From: a virus
Taxonomy: Duplodnaviria; Caudoviricetes
Virus record (IMG/VR): IMGVR_UViG_3300025663_000097
Location: 1-54,134 of that record
Direction: 5' to 3' (one strand)
DNA length: 54,134 nucleotides
Shown here: one piece after another, positions 28,401-37,731 of the stretch
Numbering within the stretch: the first letter of the stretch is position 1
Layout of the letters: each line of letters opens with the position of its first letter
The notes under the pieces: generated by a model
Told to the model about the DNA's origin: nothing
What the model saw: only the letters and a program-made list of their open reading frames with translations
The model's database searches: none
Program-made: the position numbers and the translations under genes

Positions 28401-29813
28401 ATGGCAAATACAAAAGAATATACAGTAGATATGCAAAGACTGTTCTTGGAGATGATGCTTCAAGACGCACAGAGTTATACTCGTGTTCAGAATATCTTTA
28501 ATCCTGAAAACTTTGATCGTAGCTTACAATCAAGTGCGGCTTTTATAAAAGAACACTGTGATAAACATAACACTATGCCTGATATGAAACAGGTAACGGC
28601 TGTTACTGGTGTAAAATTAACTCCGTTAGAAGAAGCAAAAGACGGACACTTTGATTGGTTCTTGGAAGAGTTTGAAGGCTTTACTAGACGTCAAGAACTA
28701 GAACGTGCTATTCTTAAGAGTGCAGACTTGTTAGAGAAAGGTGATTATGATCCAGTTGAAAAACTAGTTAAAGAAGCAGTACAGATTAGTTTAACAAAAG
28801 ATATGGGTACAGATTACTTTGATGATCCTAAAGCAAGACTGTTGGCTATCAAGTCAAGCAACGGACAGGTGTCAACGGGTTGGCCAATGTTAGATAGATT
28901 ATTGTATGGTGGATTTAACAGAGGTGAACTACAGATATGGGCAGGTGGTTCAGGTTCGGGTAAGAGTTTGTTTATGCAGAACTTGGCAGTTAATTGGGCA
29001 ATGCAAGGAATGAATGGCTGTTATTTGACACTAGAATTGAGTGAAGGCCTATGTGCTATGCGTATGGATAGTATGATGACTAATACTTCATCAAAAGAAA
29101 TATTTAAAGACATTGACAATGTTGAAATGAAAGTTAAGCTGGCAGGTAAAAAAGCAGGACACTTACGTATTAAGTATATGGCGGCACAGTCAACTGTTAA
29201 TGATATTAGAGCATACATGAAAGAGTTAGAAATACAAACAGGCAGTAAACCAGACTTCTTATGTGTTGACTATTTAGATTTGTTAATGCCTGTGAGTGCT
29301 AAGGTTAGCCCAAATGACTTGTTTGTTAAAGACAAGTACGTGAGTGAAGAACTACGTAACTTAGCAAAAGAATTAGATATTATATTTGTTACAGCATCAC
29401 AGTTGAACAGGTCAGCTGTAGAAGAAATTGAATTTGACCACAGTCACATCGCAGGTGGATTGAGTAAAATTAATACTGCTGATAATGTGTTTGGTATATT
29501 TACATCAAGAGCAATGCGTGAACGTGGTAGATATCAAATACAGTTAATGAAGACAAGGTCAAGTTCAGGTGTTGGACAGAAAGTAGACTTAGAGTTTAAC
29601 ATAGAAACATTGAGAATCACTGATGTAGGTGAAGAAGGACAAAGTGATTACGGTAGAAAAAGTCCAAGTGGTAGTAAGATTATGGACTCAGTTAAATCTA
29701 CTACCAGTACTGTAAATGTTGCAGACAACAGTGACAAAGAAGATCCAAAGATACAAGCTGACGTACAAAGTAGTAAATTAAAAAGTATGCTCACACAAAT
29801 CAAACAGAAGTAA
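28401..29813 (+). CDS. 41: Replicative DnaB-like helicase (T4 gp41-like)
   Basis: GGSGSGKS, TLELSE, VDYLDL, TASQLNR. Confidence 0.95.
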   Translation: MANTKEYTVDMQRLFLEMMLQDAQSYTRVQNIFNPENFDRSLQSSAAFIKEHCDKHNTMPDMKQVTAVTGVKLTPLEEAKDGHFDWFLEEFEGFTRRQELERAILKSADLLEKGDYDPVEKLVKEAVQISLTKDMGTDYFDDPKARLLAIKSSNGQVSTGWPMLDRLLYGGFNRGELQIWAGGSGSGKSLFMQNLAVNWAMQGMNGCYLTLELSEGLCAMRMDSMMTNTSSKEIFKDIDNVEMKVKLAGKKAGHLRIKYMAAQSTVNDIRAYMKELEIQTGSKPDFLCVDYLDLLMPVSAKVSPNDLFVKDKYVSEELRNLAKELDIIFVTASQLNRSAVEEIEFDHSHIAGGLSKINTADNVFGIFTSRAMRERGRYQIQLMKTRSSSGVGQKVDLEFNIETLRITDVGEEGQSDYGRKSPSGSKIMDSVKSTTSTVNVADNSDKEDPKIQADVQSSKLKSMLTQIKQK

Positions 29814-30268
29814 TGTTTATCGAAGTTGTAAATTTTTTGCCTGAAGAGTTAGTAGATGAACTAGTCGAGTTTAGTCAACAACCTGATATTCCGTGGGAAC
29901 TTCAAGAAATGCAAGAAAATTTACCTAGGCGTAAAATATCTTATTTACTAGACAGTCCTGTAGAAACAGTTCACAACCACTTTCAATCACTTTCTATGTT
30001 TAGTCATTTAAATTTTATGGGTGTCACATTGTGGAAGGACGAAGAGAACTTTTGGATGGCACAACATTTAGACAATGACAGAGTAAAAGTAGCAGTTCAG
30101 ATATATCTTGATAATAGAAACAGCCCAGGAACACAGATTGGAGATAGATTGGTCAGTTACGGACGTAATCGTGGATACATAATGTATAACAACCCCGACA
30201 TGTTGCACGGTGTTCCTAAACAAATTCCACATGAGGGTAGGCTAAGTGTCTATGCACTATACGAATGA
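29813..30268 (+). CDS. Fe(II)/2OG-dependent oxygenase
   Basis: HLD...QIYL...HGV...RLS. Confidence 0.75.
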   Translation: MFIEVVNFLPEELVDELVEFSQQPDIPWELQEMQENLPRRKISYLLDSPVETVHNHFQSLSMFSHLNFMGVTLWKDEENFWMAQHLDNDRVKVAVQIYLDNRNSPGTQIGDRLVSYGRNRGYIMYNNPDMLHGVPKQIPHEGRLSVYALYE

Positions 30269-31257
30269 TTCCGTATCATGACATAAAACATATCCACCTA
30301 GAAATATCTAGTCTATGTAATGCTCGTTGTCCACTATGCCCTCGTAACTTCCACGGCTATCCCTACAATGATGGATACATAGAAAGAAACCTCACACTTC
30401 AAGATGTCAAACATATATTCCAACCTACGTTTATAAAACAGTTAACAGGAATAATGATCAATGGTAACTTCGGGGACTGTGTTATGAATACAGAAACTCC
30501 AGACATCATTGAATACTTTAAAACACACAGTCCTAATATTAAAATAGATGTAAGTACCAATGGCGGTGCACGTCCTAAACAGTTTTGGCAACGGTTAGCT
30601 GAGCTAGATGTTCACGTGCTATTTGCATTAGACGGGTTAGCTGATACACATTCTATATATAGGCAAGACACAGTGTATGAAACAGTATTAAAAAATGCTA
30701 AAACTTTTATTGAAGCAGGTGGTCAAGCTACCTGGAAGATTATTCCATTTGATCATAATCAACATCAAATCGAAGCTTGCCAAGAACTGAGCAAGCAACT
30801 TGGATTTAGTGACTTCATCTTAACAGATCAAGGTAGAGACACTGGAGTTGCTGTTGACAAGAAAGGCAAGGTGGTTAACGTGTTAGGCAAACCTAAAAAG
30901 ATTAACTTTGAACAACTATTACAATCTAAAAAGACAGATGAGGTAGTATTAGAAGATCTTAACCCTGTGGTCAAAAACATAACCTGTGAAGTAAAGAAAA
31001 GTAAATCAATATATGTAACATCAACAGGAGAAGTATATCCTTGTTGTTATACTGGCTTTTATCCTAGAACATATGGTCATGGTCAGTACTACGAAGTAGT
31101 TAATCAACAGTTGAGAGATATTATTAAACCTAACAATGCGTTAGAAACTTCATTACAAGAAAGCATTACTTGGTTTGATAGTGTTGAGGAAAGCTGGAAT
31201 AAGTCAAACTTTAAACAAGGCCGCTTACTGATATGTAATGATGTATGCGGTTCCTGA
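30265..31257 (+). CDS. Radical SAM protein with SPASM/twitch-like tail
   Basis: CNARCPLC, STNGG, GEVYPCC, terminal CNDVC. Confidence 0.9.
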   Translation: MIPYHDIKHIHLEISSLCNARCPLCPRNFHGYPYNDGYIERNLTLQDVKHIFQPTFIKQLTGIMINGNFGDCVMNTETPDIIEYFKTHSPNIKIDVSTNGGARPKQFWQRLAELDVHVLFALDGLADTHSIYRQDTVYETVLKNAKTFIEAGGQATWKIIPFDHNQHQIEACQELSKQLGFSDFILTDQGRDTGVAVDKKGKVVNVLGKPKKINFEQLLQSKKTDEVVLEDLNPVVKNITCEVKKSKSIYVTSTGEVYPCCYTGFYPRTYGHGQYYEVVNQQLRDIIKPNNALETSLQESITWFDSVEESWNKSNFKQGRLLICNDVCGS

Positions 31258-31286
31258 TAAATACTATCACTAACGAGAATTTAACC

Positions 31287-31532
31287 ATGCAAAAAAAGAC
31301 TAGAAGTATATTAGACGAGTTAAATGACTTGCACATTACCAAAGATAAAAATCATCTTGTTGAAAGTCGTGCGAGTAACATCATACAAAGTGCTATAAAT
31401 CTGTTTGAACAGATAGATGCCGCGTATGAACGTGATCAGGCAGATGACCTACAACGTAAGTTTATTAATGCACTACGTCATCGAGATGCTAAGAAATTCT
31501 ATAGATCAGTGAGACGTAAAGATGAAGATTAA
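31287..31532 (+). CDS. Small late hypothetical protein
   Basis: TAAATA 31258-31263; MQKKTRSILDEL. Confidence 0.75.
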   Translation: MQKKTRSILDELNDLHITKDKNHLVESRASNIIQSAINLFEQIDAAYERDQADDLQRKFINALRHRDAKKFYRSVRRKDED

Positions 31533-32103
31533 TGAAATCACAGAAGCTCCAAAATTCTTAGATAAACTTGTTGGAGCAACTAAAAAAGCATATCAAGGTT
31601 ATACACAAAGTAGAGACATTCGTGTAAACTCTCAGGCAATATCTAATATGTCTCAGGTAGCTTCAAGAGCATGGGGCAAAGAAAAACAACGCCTAGAAAG
31701 AATTAACGATTACAATCCTCTAACAAATAAACAACTAACAGACCAGTTAACTAAATGGATAGATAACAATCTATTAGGATCGTATCAACTAAAAAGTACA
31801 AGTGGAGATTTTCAAGGATTAGTTGGTGTTTTAATACAAGCAATTATAGACGACCCAAAACAAACACAAGCCGTATTCAGTAAATTATTAACTAACGCAA
31901 GTAAGTTAGCATTAGACCCAGAATCAGAACCAGCACGTGATCCACAGCCTGGTCAGTCTGCTGGTAATAACACTGCTCCGTTTAAAGTTGCTAACAACAT
32001 TGCCACAGCTGGCAACATGGAATTAAATCTTAAAGACCCACAACAACGACAAATATACGATAGAATTAGAGATGAAGTTGCTAAAGGCGACATAAAGGTA
32101 TGA
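31522..32103 (+). CDS. Hypothetical protein, possible internal head protein
   Basis: N-terminus MKINEITE resembles a T4 capsid targeting sequence. Confidence 0.6.
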   Translation: MKINEITEAPKFLDKLVGATKKAYQGYTQSRDIRVNSQAISNMSQVASRAWGKEKQRLERINDYNPLTNKQLTDQLTKWIDNNLLGSYQLKSTSGDFQGLVGVLIQAIIDDPKQTQAVFSKLLTNASKLALDPESEPARDPQPGQSAGNNTAPFKVANNIATAGNMELNLKDPQQRQIYDRIRDEVAKGDIKV

Positions 32104-33902
32104 TAATACTTGAGGGCGGTAACGTATTCAAAGACGAGAAAGGTACAGCGTTAACTAAACGTATCAATCTTGCTGACGTTAAGCCTACTGTTAAGCATTT
32201 GGAATCGTTAACAGGACTTCCTTTACTAGATAACATGCTAGGATCAACAGGCAAAAAACCTACCTCAGGTGACTTAGATCTTGCAGTAGATGCAAAAAAA
32301 TATACCAAAGATGAAGTATACAACAAATTAATTGCAAAAGGTGTTGATCAAAAAGATTTAGCTAAATCAGGCGACTCAGTCCATTACAAGTGTCCAATCA
32401 ACGGTGATCCAATGAACGGATATGTGCAAGTTGACTTTATGTTTGGTGATCCTAAATGGCAACAATTTGCATTAAATGCAAGTCCTGAATCAGAATTCAA
32501 AGGAGTACACCGTGCAATACTATTAGCTAGCATTGCCAAAGCAAGAGGTATGAAATGGTCATACAAATACGGACTAGTATCAAGAGAAACAAACAAAGTT
32601 ATTTCAAACGATCCTGAAGAAATTGCAAAAATGCTAATAGGTGGAACACGTAAAGATTTAGCAAGTGTGGAGTCAATTAATGCACAAGCAAAAAAGAATA
32701 ACGACTACGAAGAACTAGTAGCAGATGCAGTAGAATATTTTGCAAAAGAAGGATTAGTACTTGAAGACGCAAACAACGCAAACTTTTTAGCAAGGTTAAG
32801 AGATCGCATTGTTAATCAAGGTATGCAACTAATTATTGAGTCAGCTCGCATAGCACATCCAGAAGATATGATATTTGATGGCGGAGCAAAAGGTGTATTA
32901 AAAGCTATTGAAGATTTGAAAACATTACCTCAACAAGCCAAAGACATTACAATTAAATGGGACGGTAAGCCAGCAATTATATTTGGGCGAGATCAAGACG
33001 GGAAATTTGTATTAACAGACAAGTCAGGCTTTACTGCCAAAACATATTCAGGAACAGCACGTTCTCCAGAAGAACTAGAAAAAATTATGAAAATGCGTGC
33101 AGGCGATCGTACAGAATTAATCAATATGTATAAAGCTCTATGGGCTCCATTAGAAGCACAGACACCAAAAGGATTCCAAGGATACTTTATGGGTGACTTG
33201 TTGTATACCGGCACACCAAATAAAAAAGACAATAGCTATCAGTTTACTCCAAACACTGTAACATATTCAGTTAATGCTGATACAGACTTAGGTAAACAGA
33301 TTGGAAATAGTAAAGCTGGTATTGCAGTACATACATTTAAAACTGGTCCTGAAGATAGCGGACAACCATTTAATGCTGTAGATAAATTACCAACAGGTCC
33401 TATATTGTTTGTAGGTCCTAAAATGAAAGACACACCTAAATTAGATGTTCCAGAAGCTAAGTTAGATCAAATAGCAAATAAAGTAAAGCAGAATCAACGT
33501 GCTATCGATAACTTCTTTATGCCTGCAACACTACAGCAGTTACAGTTATCAAACTTACCAGCACTTATGAAACAGTATGCTAACTTTAAAGTAAGAGAAG
33601 GTAACTTTAACAATATGGGCAATAGCTTCTTAAACTGGGCAGTAACAAAAGTTTCAAAACCTAAAGCACAACGATTAGAACAATATGTAAATGAAAACAA
33701 ACAGGTAGTTGACTTAATATTTAAAATCTTTAATGCTATCGCTGTTATTAAAACACAGGTAGTTAGAGCATTAGATCAACAGGGTGGTGGTATCACTGCG
33801 TCAATAGATGGCGAGTCAGGACATGAAGGTTATGTAGCCGGCGGACTTAAATATGTTGATAGACTACGTTTTTCAAAATCAAACTTTGCGAAGAATATAT
33901 AA
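32100..33902 (+). CDS. Pol-beta nucleotidyltransferase fused to a ligase/capping-type (KxDG) domain
   Basis: LGSTGKKPTSGDLDL and VQVDFMF; TIKWDG, MGDLL, HEGYV, LKYVDR. Confidence 0.7.
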   Translation: MIILEGGNVFKDEKGTALTKRINLADVKPTVKHLESLTGLPLLDNMLGSTGKKPTSGDLDLAVDAKKYTKDEVYNKLIAKGVDQKDLAKSGDSVHYKCPINGDPMNGYVQVDFMFGDPKWQQFALNASPESEFKGVHRAILLASIAKARGMKWSYKYGLVSRETNKVISNDPEEIAKMLIGGTRKDLASVESINAQAKKNNDYEELVADAVEYFAKEGLVLEDANNANFLARLRDRIVNQGMQLIIESARIAHPEDMIFDGGAKGVLKAIEDLKTLPQQAKDITIKWDGKPAIIFGRDQDGKFVLTDKSGFTAKTYSGTARSPEELEKIMKMRAGDRTELINMYKALWAPLEAQTPKGFQGYFMGDLLYTGTPNKKDNSYQFTPNTVTYSVNADTDLGKQIGNSKAGIAVHTFKTGPEDSGQPFNAVDKLPTGPILFVGPKMKDTPKLDVPEAKLDQIANKVKQNQRAIDNFFMPATLQQLQLSNLPALMKQYANFKVREGNFNNMGNSFLNWAVTKVSKPKAQRLEQYVNENKQVVDLIFKIFNAIAVIKTQVVRALDQQGGGITASIDGESGHEGYVAGGLKYVDRLRFSKSNFAKNI

Positions 33903-34465
33903 TGGACTTTATTAAAGACATAACAGAATCAAGAATGTATCGTAGGTTAGGACAGCTTACTGGTAAATCAGTAGATGAAATAGCTAGACAAACGTTTACA
34001 CATTTATTAATGTTAAAATCACTATACGATTTAGATAAGCCTAAAGCTGTACAATATGCTCAAAACATAGTAACTAATTTAAACTTCAATGGCTTTAGAG
34101 CATCAATGCCGGATTTATATAACATGTTAGTTATGATTATTGATCAGCACAAGTATGCTGACAAATTATATAACAATTGGAAAATAACTGTACCAGAATT
34201 GCGTATCAAACGTGTGTTTAGATCTATGGCACAAGGCGAACTAGACTCCAATGACTTCGCACAACTGATGTTAATCCTACAACGTAAGTTTCCAGGACTA
34301 GACGGTGATCAAATGCGTATGCGAAGAATGGTACAAAATACTACAAAAGCAACAGAATCAGACCGTAAATGGATGTACAAGCGACTTATACAAATGTCAA
34401 GAAGACAGATTAATTCAGACTTACACCAGTTATATCAACAAGTTAGTAGTGCCAAACTAGCCTAA
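33902..34465 (+). CDS. Hypothetical helical protein, possible head protein
   Basis: MDFIKDITE-SR N-terminus. Confidence 0.65.
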   Translation: MDFIKDITESRMYRRLGQLTGKSVDEIARQTFTHLLMLKSLYDLDKPKAVQYAQNIVTNLNFNGFRASMPDLYNMLVMIIDQHKYADKLYNNWKITVPELRIKRVFRSMAQGELDSNDFAQLMLILQRKFPGLDGDQMRMRRMVQNTTKATESDRKWMYKRLIQMSRRQINSDLHQLYQQVSSAKLA

Positions 34466-34483
34466 TAATTTTACCAAAATGGA

Positions 34484-34525
34484 CTAAATAAGTGTAGGGA
34501 CAACACGATCCCACTTATTAGGAGA
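34484..34525 (+). promoter_or_regulatory. Late box within a hairpin abutting the RBS
   Basis: TAAATA 34485-34490; aataagt-gta-ggga/tccc-acttatt stem; AGGAGA 34520-34525. Confidence 0.6.
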
Positions 34526-34533
34526 AACATATT

Positions 34534-34881
34534 ATGGCAGTAGTAACAAGAGTACATCCAGTAGCAACAACACTTGGTGTCGAAACAGCAGGTAATTTAC
34601 AATTTTTCACAGTAGACTATATCGTAGACGTATCTGGTAAAACAGGTCCTGAGTCAGCACAAGCGGCGGCAATTAAAGCAATTCAAGATACATCAACAAT
34701 TATTGCTATGGGTCCTTTAGGCAACTCAGATACAGAGCAAACATTTGCTGTTGAAGCAATTGGTGGCGATAATGTAACAAAAGCGGCACTTGAAGCGGCA
34801 TTTGACGCATTAGGTACAGTAGATTCAGTTGCAATGGGCGACCTCACTGTAACACTTAAAGATCTATACGTAGCTGTATAA
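34534..34881 (+). CDS. Small abundant-type late protein, possible capsid decoration protein
   Basis: 115 aa A/V/T-rich, strong RBS, own late promoter and terminator. Confidence 0.55.
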   Translation: MAVVTRVHPVATTLGVETAGNLQFFTVDYIVDVSGKTGPESAQAAAIKAIQDTSTIIAMGPLGNSDTEQTFAVEAIGGDNVTKAALEAAFDALGTVDSVAMGDLTVTLKDLYVAV

Positions 34882-34905
34882 GTTAGTATAACTTTAGAAA
34901 TTTTA

Positions 34906-34937
34906 AAGAACCCTACTTTTTTAAGTGGGGTTTTTTA
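34906..34937 (+). terminator. Rho-independent terminator
   Basis: aagaaccctact...agtggggtttttt. Confidence 0.8.
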
Positions 34938-34954
34938 TTGGCGTAAATATCTGT

Positions 34955-35206
34955 ATGGAACAACAAGAATTGTTTGAGACAGAGGGCCCTTGGATATACG
35001 AATCACCTGATAGTGGGTCAACTTTATATAGACGCAAAGCTAACGATCCTCATTACAAGCGTGAACTAGTTAAACAGTTAGATTCTGAGTTCAGAGATTA
35101 CAGAGACTGGATGTATAAACAGGATTGGACAGAATTAAGTAAAACACCAATGATTAAAGAATCTTTAGACAAATTAAGAGTACTGGTAGAACTTATGAAA
35201 GAATGA
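34955..35206 (+). CDS. Hypothetical protein
   Basis: TAAATA 34944-34949 then ATG 34955; IYESPDSGSTLYRR. Confidence 0.7.
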   Translation: MEQQELFETEGPWIYESPDSGSTLYRRKANDPHYKRELVKQLDSEFRDYRDWMYKQDWTELSKTPMIKESLDKLRVLVELMKE

Positions 35207-35634
35207 TAGTTTGTTGGACATTAGCAGATATTACCGAAACTGGCTTTACTAAAAAGCCAAAAAATGAACACGATATCAAACTTCGTAATCAACAACGTAA
35301 CTACGAAACGTTCATTCAGTTGATTAGTATGCGTAATCAACCTACGATAGTTATTCAGCCAACCATGGTTCTAGATAGAGATATAGCTAACATGCCATTT
35401 AGTAAAAATTACTTACAAGATATAGGATTTAGATATAATGTATGGATGTTTGCGTTTCAGTCTGAGCAATATACTACGTTTGATAATGCCAGTGGTCAAC
35501 TAGGTGCCCTATTAGATGATTTTGATAACTGTCCTATCATTACAGGACTAGACGAAAATGCTAAAATATCCAACACAATCAACACCTTAGGTGAAAATTG
35601 TAATACATTCTTCCTCCACCAAAATGACCGATAG
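35203..35634 (+). CDS. Hypothetical protein
   Basis: TLADITETG...RNQQRNYETFIQLISMR; ATGA coupling. Confidence 0.75.
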   Translation: MIVCWTLADITETGFTKKPKNEHDIKLRNQQRNYETFIQLISMRNQPTIVIQPTMVLDRDIANMPFSKNYLQDIGFRYNVWMFAFQSEQYTTFDNASGQLGALLDDFDNCPIITGLDENAKISNTINTLGENCNTFFLHQNDR

Positions 35635-35745
35635 TGATAAATAAATGCAAAGCATCACAGAACAAACACATAACTTAGGCACATACTGGCTCATTAAAAT
35701 ACACACTAGTTCGAGTGATAAAATCCTATTGATGGAATTTATAAA

Positions 35746-36024
35746 ATGAGTGCTACAAAAATTGAAAAAGAAAATTTAGAAGCCCATGTAGAGTTATGTG
35801 CGGAGAGGTATGACGCATTGGAAGAAAAACTAGACGCGGTTGAAGAAAAAGTTAGCTCACTAGAGATAGTTGTTAATGAGATCAAAGACATGATATCAGT
35901 CATGAATGACTCACGACAAAAACAGTTGATTAAATGGGGAGTAACTATAATTGGCTCTCTACTTGTATTGTTAGGATGGATGGTGATACACTTTATGGTG
36001 CCATACATTTTCACAGCGGTATAA
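35746..36024 (+). CDS. Coiled-coil protein with C-terminal transmembrane helix (XhlA/holin-like)
   Basis: Heptad LEEKLDAVEEKVSSLE followed by hydrophobic WGVTIIGSLLVLLGWMVI. Confidence 0.65.
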   Translation: MSATKIEKENLEAHVELCAERYDALEEKLDAVEEKVSSLEIVVNEIKDMISVMNDSRQKQLIKWGVTIIGSLLVLLGWMVIHFMVPYIFTAV

Positions 36025-36026
36025 CT

Positions 36027-36497
36027 ATGTCTGCGGCAAGTACACCATTAGAAAAGTTTCATGCTCTTGCCCAGCAAAGTCTTTCATCTATTTCAAAAAA
36101 TATAATAGTAAAAAGACAGGACAGATACGAAGTTTTTGGTGAATTTCAAATACGCAACACACAAGATGGATTCATAGTTTACAGAAAAGAAAAAGAAGTA
36201 GCACGTTTTTTAAACAGTCGTAACGCTTTAAGCTATTGTATATTTGAAAAATATACCAAATTACAAGATGCCCAGCTATTACAAAGATTAGATCATAAGC
36301 TTCAATCAAAATTGTTTGATATTGCGGTAGCAAAAAACACTTTAACAAATTCAAAAGACCAAGACAAGAGATTTACAGCATTAGCCAGAGTTGAATTATA
36401 TATTGACGAAGCAAAAATTATTAAAGAACAAATTAGTGAAGTAGTCGAGAAGGCTAAATACTTCCAACAAAAGGAAATAGACAATGAAGTTAACTGA
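36027..36497 (+). CDS. Hypothetical protein
   Basis: ATG 36027 immediately after upstream stop. Confidence 0.7.
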   Translation: MSAASTPLEKFHALAQQSLSSISKNIIVKRQDRYEVFGEFQIRNTQDGFIVYRKEKEVARFLNSRNALSYCIFEKYTKLQDAQLLQRLDHKLQSKLFDIAVAKNTLTNSKDQDKRFTALARVELYIDEAKIIKEQISEVVEKAKYFQQKEIDNEVN

Positions 36498-37332
36498 TAT
36501 ACAAGAAAAAACAGGATCTAAATTTATTAATCGTGTTATGAACAACTATTTTACTTCTAAAGTAGATGTTCATTCAATAAACGAAAGTAATGCACGTACT
36601 ATGCTTACTAAAGTTAGATCGTTAATCAAAGAAACTAAAAGCACACCTAAGTTTCATAGCAGTGAGAAAAGCCCAGCTTACTTACAATTGCTTATGATGG
36701 AACAAGCTCTTACAGCTAGACTACAAGAATACGGTGCTGACAGTGTTAGATATCAGGGCGGTACTGCTTATAGTACAAGCAATTCATTACCAGTTGATCC
36801 AGACACTGATGAAGAAGACGAAGAAGAGATGGAAGAAGCATGTGGTTCATCTAAGTTAATGGCTGGCGACTACAAAAAGAAAAAGAAAGTTAAAGAATAC
36901 GGTAAGAAGATTAAAGAAGATAAGATAACAGAAAGTGAAGTTGAAACAGCACAAGTTGTTTTAGCGGCACAAGACATGGTAGATAAAATTGCAGGTTGGA
37001 TGGAAGACGTTGCTGACATGCAGTACAAAGATCTTCCAGGATTAGTAGAAATGATGCGTAATGAAGTTGGCGTCAATGAAGCACAAGCATTTTTAGACGC
37101 ACAAACAGCAACATTATCAACTCTAATGACATCGTTAGAGCAAGCAAAAGCAGAGTCAACAACTGCAATGGCACCGTTAACAGGCGAGCAAGCAGTTGAC
37201 CCTAGTGAGTTTAGCAACAATGACTTAGATTTAGATGCTGGTGTTGACAATGATACTCCACCTGAAGCAGACAGTGATGGTGATATTACAGAACCAGATT
37301 TAGAACCAGATCTTGGCAGAGAAAGAAGATAA
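36484..37332 (+). CDS. Acidic helical protein, possible prohead core/scaffold component
   Basis: MKLTDIQE start, several x-x-E sites, very acidic C-terminus. Confidence 0.55.
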   Translation: MKLTDIQEKTGSKFINRVMNNYFTSKVDVHSINESNARTMLTKVRSLIKETKSTPKFHSSEKSPAYLQLLMMEQALTARLQEYGADSVRYQGGTAYSTSNSLPVDPDTDEEDEEEMEEACGSSKLMAGDYKKKKKVKEYGKKIKEDKITESEVETAQVVLAAQDMVDKIAGWMEDVADMQYKDLPGLVEMMRNEVGVNEAQAFLDAQTATLSTLMTSLEQAKAESTTAMAPLTGEQAVDPSEFSNNDLDLDAGVDNDTPPEADSDGDITEPDLEPDLGRERR

Positions 37333-37656
37333 ATGAAACTGTTTGAGATTGGCAATCAATCACTTGAAATAGCCGCACTAGTACAATACCTAGTAGGTAA
37401 AAGTGAAGAGATGAAAACCAAACCTCAAATTAAAACAGATACATTTCTCAGTATGGCCAACAGCATGGGTATACAAACGTCATTTAGTAACTTACAAAAT
37501 CTAGCACAACAAAATCCATTAAAAAATATGATAACTGATATTAATCAGGATACTATAGCATTTGGTGATGCAAGTGCATATAATAAAATGCCTGTTGATA
37601 AAGCCAGAGACGTTGTTAAAAAAATGGCAAAAAGATCAATGAGCAAAAGAACATAG
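37333..37656 (+). CDS. Hypothetical protein, possible head protein
   Basis: MKLFE N-terminus; VKKMAKRSM C-terminus. Confidence 0.65.
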   Translation: MKLFEIGNQSLEIAALVQYLVGKSEEMKTKPQIKTDTFLSMANSMGIQTSFSNLQNLAQQNPLKNMITDINQDTIAFGDASAYNKMPVDKARDVVKKMAKRSMSKRT

Positions 37657-37684
37657 CATATATACAGTTAACATATTGTTCCAC

Positions 37685-37714
37685 AAAAGCCCTACTTAGT
37701 CATAGGGCTTTTTT
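37685..37714 (+). terminator. Rho-independent terminator
   Basis: aaaagcccta...tagggctttttt. Confidence 0.85.
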
Positions 37715-37717
37715 ATC

Positions 37718-37725
37718 TATAAATA
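37718..37725 (+). promoter_or_regulatory. Perfect T4 late promoter TATAAATA
   Basis: 6 nt before ATG 37732. Confidence 0.75.
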
Positions 37726-37731
37726 TTGCTT

